Assembly (NCBI GenBank): GCA_951406725.2
Contig: OX597824.1
Coordinates: 72,168,001-72,232,000 of the forward strand
DNA length: 64,000 nt
Reading direction: 5' to 3'
Source: Octopus vulgaris
Lineage: Eukaryota
Below the pieces are notes generated by a model that made no database searches, was not told the DNA's origin, and worked only from the letters and a program-made list of their open reading frames with translations. A program made the position numbers and the translations under genes. Below, piece by piece: positions 1-12,023 of the stretch. The first letter of the stretch is position 1. The number at the start of each line of letters is the position of its first letter.

Positions 1-136
1 TCCAAAAAGGGTTTTTCAATCCAATTATTTACATACATACTATTATTTATAACTTTATATGTACTTTGGGAACCAGTTCCAAAAAAGAAATGTGTGTGTG
101 TATATGTATGTGTATATATATATATAGAGAGAGAGA

Positions 137-507
137 GGAAGCGCAATGGCCCAGTGGTTAGGGTAGCAGACTCATGGTCATGGGATTGCGGTTTCGATTC
201 CCAGACTGGGCGTTGTGAGTGTTTATTGAGCGAAAACACTTAAAGCTTCACAGGCTCCGGTAGTGGGTGGTGGCAGACCCTGCTGTACTCTTTTACCACA
301 ACTTTCTCTCACTCTTTCTTCCTGTTGTACCTGTATTTTAAAGAGCCAGCCTTGTTGCACTCTGTGTCACACTGAATCTCCCTGAGAACTACGTTAAGAG
401 TGCACATGTCTATGGAGTGCTCAGCTACTTGCACATTAATTTCATGAGCAGGCTGTTCCATTGATCAAATCAGTTGGAACCCTTGTCGTCATAACTGACA
501 GAGTGCC
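137..507 (+). mobile_element. tRNA-derived SINE (family C, long-tail form)
   Basis: tRNA-like head with A box (TGGCCCAGTGG) and B box (GGTTTCGATTCCC). The first ~190 nt are shared with the inverted copy at 1679-1983. Confidence 0.8.
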
Positions 508-510
508 ATG

Positions 511-546
<36 letters not shown>

Positions 547-559
547 CACACAGCCTCCA

Positions 560-1270
560 TTGCTTCCACTAATTTTATTTTCAATTTACCATGCATGCAT
601 AAATGTTCAGGTCCTCTCCAACACCGTGTAATGCCAATCAGTATAGTCCTTCATCATGTCCTTTGTGAAGTGCAATGTCTTGAAATTAGTCTTCACTTCA
701 TCATTCCAAGTTTTTCTCAGTGTCTCTCATCCACAGGTTCCATTCACTTTCTATGTATGACATTTGTATAGTTGTCCTCCTCCATATACATCATTTATCT
801 GTATCAGTGCAGTCTTTTCTACATATTACATTCAGTTCTTCTTATGATCAGTTTTTCTTTCAGCTCATTTGTTCTCTTGTCGTTCATGTACATCATACTA
901 CACATTCAGCAAATTACGCTTGCTTCATTTCTCTTCAGTCATCACATTTGCTGCATTCAAAGTTCATGTTTCATGAACATCCAGTATCACACATCGTACA
1001 CAAACATCACACAATCTACCCTCCACTTTGCTGGAAAAGCTTTTGTTGCTAGCAGAATAATAACTATCTGTACTTTTTCTATTTTCCACCATGACTACTG
1101 TGCTTTCAGATCATCCCTTCTACTGCTAGTTATGTCACCTAGGTAACAAAAACAGTCAACCATATGTAGAGCCCTCCAGGCACTTGATAGAATCTATGAA
1201 TCTATTTTTCTTGAGTCCTCAGTGCTTATTGTTCTGGTGTATCTTCTGTGTATGTAGCCTGCTTTCTCTG
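560..1270 (-). mobile_element. Degenerate RTE-clade LINE 3' end
   Basis: Minus-strand translation has decayed RTE C-terminal motifs (LRKTWNDEVKTNFKTL...MMKDYTDWHYTVLERT) with many stops. Confidence 0.65.
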
Positions 1271-1394
1271 TTAACCTGCCTGTGATCCTACTACATCCCA
1301 TACATCCATATTATACTGGGTACCTCATATGGACTTCCTACTTTATTTCTATATATCAAACATGGCCACCACTGCCACCACCACCACCACCACC

Positions 1395-1560
1395 ACTTAA
1401 CAACTGGTGCCGATGTGTTTATGTCCCTGTAACTTAGTGGATCAGCAAAATGGACTTTTGAAAAATAAGTACTGGAGTTGATACATTTGACTAAAAATTC
1501 CTCAAGGCAGTGCTCCAGCATAGCCACAGTCTAATGACTGAAATAAGTAAAAGATAAAGA
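1395..1560 (+). mobile_element. 3' half of SINE family A
   Basis: Matches the tail of 49101-49534 (GTGTTTATGTCCCTGTAACTTAG...GTGCTCCAGCAT...AATGACTGAAA). Confidence 0.7.
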
Positions 1561-1678
1561 TGGATAGATAGATATATGGATGGACAGACGGACAGATATT
1601 TGTGGATTAATAAGACCTTGTTAATCCACAAATAAACCCAATTTTTGATACTAGGTTTTGTGTGTATATGTGTGTATA

Positions 1679-1983
1679 TCACGTGATCACGTGACCGACC
1701 AGACCATCAGATGTTGTTACACATCGCTGGTCACAATGCGTTCGCATTGTTTTAGCCTTTTGAATGATGCCACCCTGCTGGCTAAGCGAGCAGGCCAACA
1801 GAAGAAAGAGTGGGAGAAAGAGTGGTGAAAGAGTACAGCAGGGATCACCACCCCCTGCCGGAGCCTCGTGGAGCTTTTAAGTGTTTTCGCTCAATAAACA
1901 CACACAACGCCCAGTCTGGGGATCGAAACCGCGATCCTCTGACCGCGAGTTCGCTGCCCTAACCACTGGGCCATTGCACCTCC
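1679..1983 (-). mobile_element. tRNA(Arg)-like SINE (family C, short-tail form)
   Basis: Reverse complement begins GGAGGTGCAATGGCCCAGTGGTTAGGGCAGCGAACTCGCGGTC (TCG anticodon-like). Same head as 137-507 but a different tail, ending in TCACGTGATCACGTGA. Confidence 0.8.
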
Positions 1984-2739
1984 ACGTGTGTGTATATATG
2001 TATGTATATCATTGCTTTATATATGAATGTATATGCATGATTTTTCATGGTAAGAAACTGTTCTTTCTTTTTTTTTTTAACTTGTTCAATGAGGAAGAAT
2101 CCCTATGACCTTTGTAGTTCCTTCAAGAATGATGAGATTGGTGCTCTTAGTGTTCCATTTAAACTGTCACAGGTTAACATCTGCAGGAAAAACATGGGCA
2201 GAGAGAAGATTTTGGGACAAGGGATAAGGTGATATTCTGGAGAAGCTCTGGCTCAGTAGTTAATGTGGTACATGGATGGCTGCAACCAGAGTGATGGGAA
2301 ATAGGGAGATACGTTGGTGGGAGTCTGAAAGATTACTTTTGAGTATGGATTAATCTGACCTGTGGTACATTCATTGCTGTTTCAAGAATTTCTTGTAGTA
2401 AGGAATTGAGCCCCACTTCTTGTAATTGATCTGATTTGTAAAAGAATCAGTACACCATTAAGCTAACCTCATTTACCAGAGTATTTAATACATAGATACT
2501 CACATTATATACATATATATCTGATCATTGGGTGTTCTTATCAGCTGCGGATCACCTAAAATTGACTAATGACATGTTGAAAACCATGGAAGCAAGCAAG
2601 AATAACTAAGAAATTCCATGGCTGTTAATAGTTTTGACCTTTTGGAGGCTTTATCAGTTGCTTGTGGCCTTAACTTGAAGCTCTGTTTGAGTGTGGCCAC
2701 TTCTTAGCTTCCTGGTTACTTCTTTTAAACGTTTGTGTA

Positions 2740-2807
2740 TGCCTATGTTTGCATGTATTTGTAGATGTGTGTATCTGTGAATATGTATGTGTATATAAAT
2801 GTATATA

Positions 2808-2851
<44 letters not shown>

Positions 2852-3210
2852 TGTGTGTATGGGTGTGTGTATAGGTATACAATGAGATCTTTTCCTCATT
2901 TTCTTCTTTTTTTTCACTCTCCTTTTTTTCTTCTTACTACTAGTGTTACTACATAAAAATGCATACAATTTAAAGGTATTATTTGACACACTCACCCACA
3001 TACACATGCACACACACACACGTCTACATACACATATTCATGCACAAACATGTATACATACACATTTACATATATGCACACATACATATACATACACCCA
3101 CGTACATATGCCCATACATACACCCATACATACATACACCTATACACATACACCCACATACATACACCCGCATACACACACACATATTTATGTTTACATA
3201 TATACACAAA
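2740..3210. repeat. Compound (TG)/(TA)/(CA) microsatellite region
   Basis: Visible dinucleotide runs; source of the H/T/Y/I-rich spurious ORFs. Confidence 0.9.
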
Positions 3211-3616
3211 TTTCTTTAAAATTTGATACTAAAGGAAACAAAAAAGGACACACCTATAAATATATTTCTTTTATAAAGTACTTATATATCCATGTACACC
3301 CACCCAGCCTACTATATTTTTACATGGATGACAAGTAAACTTCTTAGTTAACTGTCATTCAGTTAATAACGATCTGTCTATTGTCACTCCACAATTTATG
3401 CTACACTCGATGACGTTTACAAAGAACCCACCAAAGTTGTATCAGAATGTCATTGGAGTAAATTGCTTGGTTCAACTTCCTCTTTTCTCCCATTTTCAAA
3501 TGTTGTGTGTGTGTGTTTGAGAGAGAGTGAGTTTATTTTTGTGTGTTTGTGTGTGTTTTGTGAAAGGCTGTTAAGTTAAAGTAATTCAGACCATATGTCT
3601 CTCTCTCTCTCTCTCT

Positions 3617-3822
3617 ACCGTCTGACTGGTCCTCGTGCCGGTGGCACGTAAAAACACCCACTACACTCTCGGAGTGGTTGGTGTTAGGAAGGGCATCCAG
3701 CTGTAGAAACTCTGCCAGATCAAGATTGGAGCCTGGTGCAGCCATCTGGTTCGCCAGTCCTCAGTCAAATCGTCCAACCCATGCTAGCATGGAAAGCGGA
3801 CATTAAACGATGATGATGATGA
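3617..3822 (+). mobile_element. SINE family E ((GAT)n tail)
   Basis: TTAGGAAGGGCATCCAGCTGTAGAAAC core and CCAACCCATGCTAGCATGGAAA...TTAAACGATGATGAT tail, recurring at 19.6, 21.9, 23.6 and 63.5 kb. Confidence 0.8.
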
Positions 3823-3860
3823 TATGTACGTGTGTGTGTATATATATATATAAAAATATA

Positions 3861-3907
<47 letters not shown>

Positions 3908-4039
3908 GCAGTGCTCCAGCATGGCCACAGTCAAATTACTGAAACAACTAAAAGAATAAAATAACATATGTTCATATGTATGAGCAGTAGTAAGAAAAAG
4001 AGATGACACAGGAAAAGCAATGTTTTTGTTATGTACTTT

Positions 4040-4120
4040 AGCTTACGGCTGTTTCTGCTATAAGATGCAGCAGACTCTTAGTTGAGGGCCTGAATAACAT
4101 CCTATAGCTTCATCAGAGCC
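4040..4120 (-). ncRNA. Type-I hammerhead ribozyme motif
   Basis: Minus strand reads GGCU-CUGAUGA-A-GCUAUAGGAUG...CAUCUUAUAGC-A-GAAAC-AGCC-GUA^AGCU. 11-bp stem II; A.A mismatch at the base of stem II. Confidence 0.7.
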
Positions 4121-4371
4121 TCAAATATAAAGTGCAATATATGTATGAGGCAAGAGTGCAGTAAATCTTCCTGTAGCCTATAGCACCACAGAGAGGAGTT
4201 CCTATGACTAAATAAATGCAACCATATTATTGTTGTGTACCTCCTGGTCAGTCCTGACTTAGCAGACCTCATGATCAAAGTACCCCAGTCATGACACCCC
4301 TGCATCACAAACACACACACTTTTTTTTATGGGTATGTAGGACTACATTTACTCAATATGCCTTTCTCTTA

Positions 4372-4674
4372 TTTAGCCCTTTTTATACCAAACCACCTGA
4401 GACCAGCCGTGTTTCTTTGATGCAAATTTTCTGTTTTAAAATGTTTGAAATTAAACCTTCCATCAGGATTTCACATTCATCCATGTTCCAAACACCATCT
4501 TACTTTTCTTTCAATTAATTTTGAAACCAATGAAGAATTTAGCAAAATAACTCATTATGAAGCAGGCATTTGGAACATAAATTGACTGGAAATTTTAATT
4601 TTAGGTCACTTTAAAACAGGGAATTATCATAGAACCAAGGACATTTTCAGACAGGTTGGTATCAAAAGGATCAA
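4372..4674. mobile_element. Degenerate piggyBac-like MITE (related to 6123-6350)
   Basis: Ends TTTAGCCCTTTTTATACCAA...TTGGTATCAAAAGGATCAA; internal AAGAATTTAG.AAAATAACT and GGAACATAAATT are shared with 6123-6350. Confidence 0.55.
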
Positions 4675-4989
4675 TAATGAGTTTTCTTACTAAATTCTTC
4701 ATTATTTTCAAAATTTATTGAAGCAAAAGAAATGTATTTCAACATAAATATAACAGTGAAAGAATTCAAACTGTAATGTGTGAGTTGTGGGAGATTTGGT
4801 TACTATATTTTGCATGTGGGTGTTCCTTTGTTGGGTTGGCTCAAGGATAACCATGTTGAAAGAAGTAACAGGACATTTCTTTAAATCCACTACATAAGTG
4901 GTGGAGCTGAAGTAATATAGGATGGGCCAAAGGGGTCTGAAAGTTTAATAACTTCTTTTTATTAACTTTTTTTTTGTATATTTCTTAAA

Positions 4990-6124
4990 TATTGATTTCA
5001 AATTTTGGCACAAGGCCAGCAACTTCGAGGGAGAGAGTAAATTGATTATATCAACCCTAGTACTCAACTGATACTTATTTTATCGATCCCATCCCCAGAA
5101 GTATGAAAGGCAAAGTCAACCTTGGCAGATTTGAAGGCAGAGCATAAAGACAGGCAAAATGTCGCTAATCATTTTGCCCAGTGTGCTAACAATTCTGCCT
5201 GCTTGCTGCCTTAATACTGATATTAAATATTGAAATGTCACAAAAGAAAGGAAAGGGTTTTGATATTTAATAACAATAATTAAAAAAACAAAAATTATTA
5301 AAATTTCAGACCATTTCTGTGACTTTCATGGAGGGAGACTTGGCTGCTGTTTCTAAATGTTTCTCACTGTGGTTCATGGGACTATCTGAATGGCATTCCT
5401 AAGTGAAAAATTGCCTTGAATTTTCTTTGTGTGAAACAATACCTCCGCCTTTGCTAAGGTGGAAGTAATAATTTTGAATTTTTGCCAAAAGGGAGCTTGT
5501 GGGAGGTAGGGATGAGTTGATTACATCGACCCCAATGTACAACAGGTGCTTATTTTATTGACCTTGAAAGGATGAAAGGTAAAGTCAACCTCAGCAAAAT
5601 TTGAACTCAGAATGTAGCGACAGGTGAAATATTGCTAAGCATTTCATCCAGTGCACTAACAATTCTGCCAGTTCGCTGCCTTAATAATAATAATAATAAT
5701 AATAATCCTTTCTACTATAGGCACATGACCTGAAATTTTTGAGGAGAGGGTAAGTCAGTCACATCAACCCCAGTACTTGACTGGTACTTGTTTTATTAAT
5801 CCCAAAAGGATGAAATGCAAAGTTGACCCCAGTGGCATTTGAACTCAGAACATAAAAGCAGAAGAAATGCCACTAAGCATTTTATTGGCATGGTAACAAT
5901 TCTGGCAACTCACTGCCTTAATAATAATAATAATAATTTCTACTATAGGCACAAGGCCTGAAATTTGTGGGGACCAGTACACAACTGGAACTTAATTTAT
6001 TGACCACAAAATGATGAAAGGCAAAGTCCACCTTGACAGATTTTGAACTCAGAATGTAAAGACAGACAAAATATTGTCAAGCATTTTGCCTGGTGTGCTA
6101 TTGATTCTGCCAGCTTATCACCTT
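4990..6124 (-). mobile_element. Cluster of four SINE family B copies separated by (AAT)n
   Basis: Repeated GATGAAAGGCAAAGTCAACC...ATTTGAACTCAGAA...CTAAGCATTT...TTCTGCCAG units at about 4997-5212, 5478-5683, 5704-5920 and 5937-6124. Confidence 0.85.
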
Positions 6125-6350
6125 AACCCTTTCGTTACTGAATTTATTTTGAGATGTTCTGTGTTTCTCTCAATTACTTTAAATATAACAAAGAATTTAG
6201 TAAAATAACTTAGTTATCATTAAGCTAGTGTTAGGAACATAAATTATGACAAAGGTTTGGTGGAAGATTTTAATCCAAAACTTATGAAAACAAGGCATTT
6301 GAAAACAAAGCCAGAGCCAGTTTCAGCCGGGTTGGTAACAAAAGGGTTAA
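6123..6350. mobile_element. piggyBac-like MITE
   Basis: TTAA-CCCTTTCGTTAC ... GTAACAAAAGGG-TTAA: TTAA target duplication with CCC/GGG terminal inverted repeats. Confidence 0.75.
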
Positions 6351-6644
6351 TAATAATAATAATAATTTATTAAGATTGAAGTAACTGTTCATGAAGGTAA
6401 AAAGACAATAAGAAGAGTGTGATGCAATTTGTAATAGAGATTGTTTATTTAATGAATTGAACAATATTTCAACAGATTATCTGTCTTCTTAAGGTTCATA
6501 ATGTAAAATGGAAAAATCACAGAAATACAGAAATTCAAAATATGAATAATAAGGAAATCCTGCGTTACTTTTTAGATAAAATGACATCATTAGTTTTCAC
6601 TTTCATGTGACAAGGTAACGAGGAAAAAGAAAAAAAAGGAAAGG

Positions 6645-6925
6645 AAATAATAGTTGTAGAAACACTAAGAGTATTAACAACCAGATTTGATAAATTTGTT
6701 GGAGAAACTGGGATTGACATCAGAGTAGAACAAGCTCAGAAAATTGCTTTATTGGGTACAGTGAGAATTTTGAGATTGGTACCCGGGTGTTAAGTATTGT
6801 GGAAAGAAGCCCTGTAAGATCCTTGACAACAGGCTGTTGTCTGCTTTTACAGAATTAGCTGGAGCAAGTGAAATCAAGAGCTCTGAGAAGTGAAATGGAA
6901 ATAATAATAATAATAATAATAATAA
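6645..6925 (+). mobile_element. R4/Dong-clade LINE 3' end with (AAT)n tail
   Basis: Translation IIVVETLRVLTTRFDKFVGETGIDIRVEQAQKIALLGTVRILRLVPGC* (stop 6791-6793) matches the QK.ALLGT.RILR C-terminus of R4/Dong ORFs. Followed by a short 3'UTR and (AAT)n. Confidence 0.7.
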
Positions 6926-7187
6926 TGTTGAAAATATTAAATAATAATTATCATTCCTGTCTGAAAGGATGTAGGTTACTTTAAGTTAATCACTTTAGTT
7001 AGCTTCTTTAGGCATTTAAAAAATAATTAAAGCTGGTTAACCTTTGAATATCTTTTTGGAAGTTGGACTTCCAGGAGGTCAGACCTGTTTAAATGTCAAA
7101 CAGTCAAAAGTCTCTTAATATACTTAAAATTTCCATGCCTAATGCTGAGACATTTCAAAAGATGATCATCTCTGTCCTGTCCTGTCT

Positions 7188-7318
<131 letters not shown>

Positions 7319-8908
7319 ATCATCACCATATATTTGATGTTTTTGTTTTTTGTTATAGTTGTCAAACTAGAATGGGTTCAAATCCTGTCAGATCTGGTTT
7401 TAGCTTTTCATTTCTCAGAGATTGATAAAATAATTAGCACTCGTGCAATAATGGCAGTTTAACTTTTAAACACTCTTAGAGTTACACATGGTGTTATAAA
7501 TTTTATCAATGCATAATTTTAGGGATACAGATTGTAAACGAAAATTACTCTTTTTATAACTACTTTAACTTTTTGTGATTGAAAAAGGTTTTTTTTTCTT
7601 TGTTTTGTTTATAAAAATTTCCATAATTAGCCACATGAGTAAGAGAATTTCATATATTGTAACCAGTTGAAGGAACTCTGAAAAATTCATTGTCATTGAA
7701 TTAAGGTTCACTTGGCTGGACCTCCTCTCTAAGAAATGTTCTGGCCTTCTGCCAATGTAAGAAACCATTATTGTGACACAAAATGAGGTGGGGGGAAAAG
7801 CTGTGTATAAAAAGAATCAGGTGTAGTTTGCTAGAGGGAAGACTGTATTTGAAATTTTAGTGTGTGTAGATGATGATGATAGCTGCGTAAAAGAAAGTGC
7901 TGAGCACTCAAAGTTGATGGTGTGAGAGGGTGCTTTTGAACAGAAAGACCTAGAAAGACAGAGTAAAGGGATCCTGAGCCTCACAAAATAGATAAGGAAT
8001 TGTGACAATTGGTTACATGCTGTAACTGAGAAAACCATCTGTTGGGCATGTATAGCAAAGAGAACGCGAACAAGGGAAGTAGTTTGGGAGTTTTCGGTAC
8101 TTCTCTCCATTTCCCCTCTCCTTCATTTCTCTTGGAATTTTTTCATTACACTTATCTTCTGCTATACCCCCACCTCTTATGGTTCCATTCTGCCTCTTTT
8201 TTCCCTCCCACTGCTTCTACACTCTTCACCTGTCTTTCTCTCTGTGCCCTCTCCTCACAACTTTTCTCCCACCTCAGTACTGTCTCATCTTTCCTTCCCT
8301 TTTTTCCCCCTCTTGATAACCTCACTCCTCTCAACCTGCAATGGCTCCCTTCTCTTTTCATAGCTTCCCTGGATCCTCATCACCGTCATCTCTTTCTCAT
8401 TCCCCTTCTTCTCCCATCTTCCACCCATATTTCAACTTTATCACATGGGATTGCACTGGATCTTCCTTGTACAATCCACCCCACAACTCTTCTACTCTGT
8501 CCTTTCTTTCCTAGCAATCCCTTAACACTACTCTTTTCCTTCACCTTCACCCTATTCTTTCCATACTTCTCATCCCAGCAGTGTCCATCCTGTGACTCTC
8601 CCCACTACAGTCCCTCACAGCAATTTGTTCCTCTTATCATACCCCACCCTCTCACCACCCCACCTAAAATTTCAATATCTGTCCTTTTCTCCCCATCACT
8701 TTCTCTCTCTTGTATTTTTCTTTCAGTCACACTGGTTCTTTAGTTATTCCAGAGTTACAAGTTGGCAGCACTAGTGTCTGTACAATGTAAAAAAAGCACC
8801 CAGTACCCTCTATAAAGTGGTTAGCATTAGGAAGGATATCCAGCCGTAGAAACCGTTCCAAAACCAAGACATTGGAGCACAAAACAATCCTCCATCTTAC
8901 TGCATCAT

Positions 8909-9109
8909 ACTCTTTACTCTTTTACTTGTTTCAGTCATTTGACTGCAGCTATGCTGGAGCACCACCTTTAGTTAACCAAATCGACCCCAGGACTTATTCT
9001 TTATAAGCCTAGTACTTATTCTATCGGTCTCTTTTGCTGAACTGCTAAGTTACGGGGACGTAAACACACCAGCATCAGTTGTCAAGTGATGTTGGGGGAA
9101 CAAACACTG

Positions 9110-9168
<59 letters not shown>

Positions 9169-9330
9169 TGATGGGCTTCTTTCAGTTTCTGTCTACCAAA
9201 TCCACTCACAAGGCTTTGGTCGGCCTGAGGCTATAGTAGAAGACACATGTCCAAGGTGCCACGCAGTGGGACTGAACCCGAAACCATGTGGTTGGTAAGC
9301 AAGCTACTTACCACACAACCACTCCTGTGC
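8909..9330 (-). mobile_element. Near full-length SINE family A
   Basis: Reverse complement of the 49101-49534 type: tRNA-like head, CCTTGG.CA.GTGTCTTCTACTATAGCC, internal (TA)/(TG), GAAACAAGTAAAAGAGT tail. Confidence 0.85.
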
Positions 9331-10020
9331 CTCCTGCGCCACTCCTGTTAAACTATCTAAAATGGTGATATGGATGGCAGAGGCATGATGGTGGTGAGGA
9401 GGAGAAAGAACTGTTTTAACCCTGAGAGTAAAAATTAAAGGGCTTACATACATGAAAATAATTTGAAAAAAAAACAACAAATTTCCAGCATGCTAAACTG
9501 GCAATCCTTATATAAAACAAAAGGCTTCTCTTGTATTTTATGTTACATTGTGAAGCCTGCAGCATTAAATAAGACAGTATAGAGGATCAGAATTACTAAA
9601 ATGTGACATTGGACGACATTATTGTGGATCCACAATAGAAATAATTTGAAGATCAATACACACTGCACTATTATTCGGATGTTAGGAATATGTGGCAAGG
9701 ACAAGTCTGTACAGTTGAAGTCTGCTGAATTAATTTATCATCAGTTTAGGACTAAGCTCTATTCTTGAGTTACTTCTCTTTTCCAGCTGGTCCATTGCTA
9801 ATATTGAGTTTCTTGCTAGCAACTGGCTTATTATTATCAAGTTTGTTGCTTGAAGTTTAGCTGTTGTTAAAATTCCAAGTTACTTTCAGTTTCTGTATGG
9901 ATTGCTACTGACCTGTTGCTTGCTACTTGTCTTTTGTGGGCAGCCAGACTGTTGCTTGCTGCTGGTTCTTTTGCTTGCAATTTGTTCATTACTTACAATT
10001 AGTCTTTCGCTTGCTGTTTG

Positions 10021-10586
10021 TATTGGGTTGTTCACAAAGTTCCTGCCGATTTTTAAAGGAAAGAAAAAGGTCAATAAATACTTGCCATTACATTTTTAAT
10101 CAACCAAATATGAACCATGTTGTTGCACAATGCGTCTCCATCTTTCCTTTAACTTGAAAATACCCTCTTCCCAGAATTGAGGTTTCATGGCAAACAATTC
10201 ATCAAGGTATCTTTTTACATGATCCAAGGAATTGAAATTTTTACCATTAAGACTATTCTGCAGAGACCTGAATAAGTGGAAATCTGAAGGAGCAATATCT
10301 GGTGAATATGGATGGTGGAGTAACATATCCTAGCCAAGCTGCAGCAATTTTTGCCTGGTTCCCAAAGCATCAAGTGCCGAAAATGAACTTTCTTGTCTTC
10401 CATTTTAAAAGGTTACAGAATTAATAAGGTTATAGGAACATAAATCTTCTTCCGTGAAAAGATATCTTAAACTGTGCTCTAAATGGAGGTGTAGTCAAAT
10501 CCTATTTTAATGACTCATCCATGTTCTAAAATAAGTTGAAAGGTAAGCTACTATAAATTGGCACAAACTTTCCAGACGACCCAATA
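10021..10586 (-). mobile_element. Internally deleted mariner element
   Basis: TA-flanked TIRs (TTGGGTTGTTCACAAAGTTCCTGCCGATTT / TTGGGTCGTCTGGAAAGTTTGTGCCAATTT). N-terminus MEDKKVHFRHLML is joined to C-terminal PYSPDIAPSDFHLFRSLQN...GIFKLKERW (YSPDLAP motif). Confidence 0.9.
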
Positions 10587-11352
10587 TATTGCTCACTGTT
10601 CATTTGTTGCTTGCAACTGGTCTGTTGCTAGCAGCTTGTCTATCACTTGCTGTTGGTCCATTACTTGGTCCATTAATCTGGTCCTTGCATTTGGTCTCTT
10701 AATGGTAACTTATTTATTAACTGCAGTAACTCAATTGAAGTGAAAGGTTTCTAATCTATTATCAGAAATCGTCTATATAGTTATTTTTAATTGTTCACTG
10801 ATTGAAACACGCCCTTCACTATTGTCCTGAATAGTTTAAATAACTACCAGTCAGTATGAAAAAGAAAAAGAAAAAAAGAAATCTGAACACTCAGATTTCA
10901 ATCTAGACAAATATTTTCTGATTATTTCCATGCATGCTGTGCAGCTAAAATGTCTAGTTGTGCAACTGTCATTTAGTTTTGCATGAAAAAGCATATACTG
11001 TGCAAAGCTGTTGCACAGTCAATAACGATAAGAATACATTTGTGTTGGTGGAAACATGTTTGACAACTAAGATAGTTAATCACTGAGATTATCTTTTATT
11101 TGATTCTTTTTTTGTTGAAAATCTGGTAAATCATTTGAAAAGTTTGAATTTGTTATAGAAACAATCTGTTGTTAATAATATCTGAAAACATACACAAACT
11201 GCTGTTTTTAAATATTCTTTTTTTTTTTATCAAAATTATTCACTTTGAAACCCTTTTTTTTTTGTAGCTGCTTGGTTTCAAACACTGCCCCCTCAGTTTT
11301 TAAATCACCTTTCATTTATTGCATATTAAAACACTTGATGTATAAATATATG

Positions 11353-12023
11353 CCATATATGTAGTCTGATAAAAAGTATCAGTACTGATGTTATAAAAAA
11401 AAAAAAATTACAATATATCAATTTGGCATTTAATCCCCTTCAAAGTAGTCCCCTTCTGAAGCCCCACATATTATCTAGTGTTGTTTCTATTGATGGAAGC
11501 ATTTCCAGAATCCCTTTATTGGAATAATGAGCAACTGCCTTATCGCATTCTATTGGATTTCCTTTCAAGCCTTGGTTTTGGGGTCATAGCTATAGACCCA
11601 CAATTTGTCACCTATTATGACTGTCTTCAAAATGTTTTTGTCTTCTTTTTGAGATGACCACACCCTACACATTTTACTTCCAAACACTGCTATAAACAAC
11701 AGAAGTGTGCAAGAATGTTATAACTTAGTATGCATGTGCCACAGAGTTCAAGGTCAACCTGTGCCAAGTGGCTTCACTCTGCATACTTTAGCTCCATTAT
11801 CATAGCATCATTCCTGATATTTTTTTAATCATATCTCATATGATGGCATATTAGATGCCTTTTTTTCTCCAAGAAAAAGTCTAAAAAATCCTCCCACATC
11901 CTATAGTTGAAATTGAAGCCCCCATAAGCTTTATGCACTAAAAGCTATTTTTTCTTGAATATGTGCCTCTGAAATTGGGATACATCTAAAATGTGCTTGC
12001 ATCTTTTATGCCATCAAATATGG
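11353..12023. mobile_element. pogo/Tigger-like MITE interrupted by a mariner
   Basis: Right TIR GCATCTTTTATGCCATCAAATATGG. The left TIR is rebuilt from 11353-11359 plus 11841-11858 (CCATATATGATGGCATATTAGATGC). Confidence 0.6.
11358..11840 (-). mobile_element. Degenerate non-autonomous mariner
   Basis: Imperfect TIRs TATGTAGTCTGATAAAAAGTATCAG / TATGAGATATGATTAAAAAAATATCAG; minus-strand C-terminal remnant ASEGDYFEGD*. Confidence 0.7.

Noticed and set aside
137-210. tRNA-like sequences (also 1910-1983, 47342-47415, 49101-49170)
   Set aside because: SINE heads continuing into SINE bodies; no proper acceptor stem or terminator.
6455-6495. Minus-strand hammerhead-like CUUAAGAA-GACAGA...UCUGUU-GAAA
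   Set aside because: Core is mutated and stems I/III are unclear; at best a dead relic.
8042-8743. Longest ORF (233 aa)
   Set aside because: Low-complexity C/T-rich sequence lacks stops by composition; no domain and no splice context.
9086-9298. Recurrent ORFs with LLSVSVYQIHSQG...CPRCHAVGLNP (also 33346, 34196, 49089)
   Set aside because: Antisense translation of SINE family A, not a gene family.
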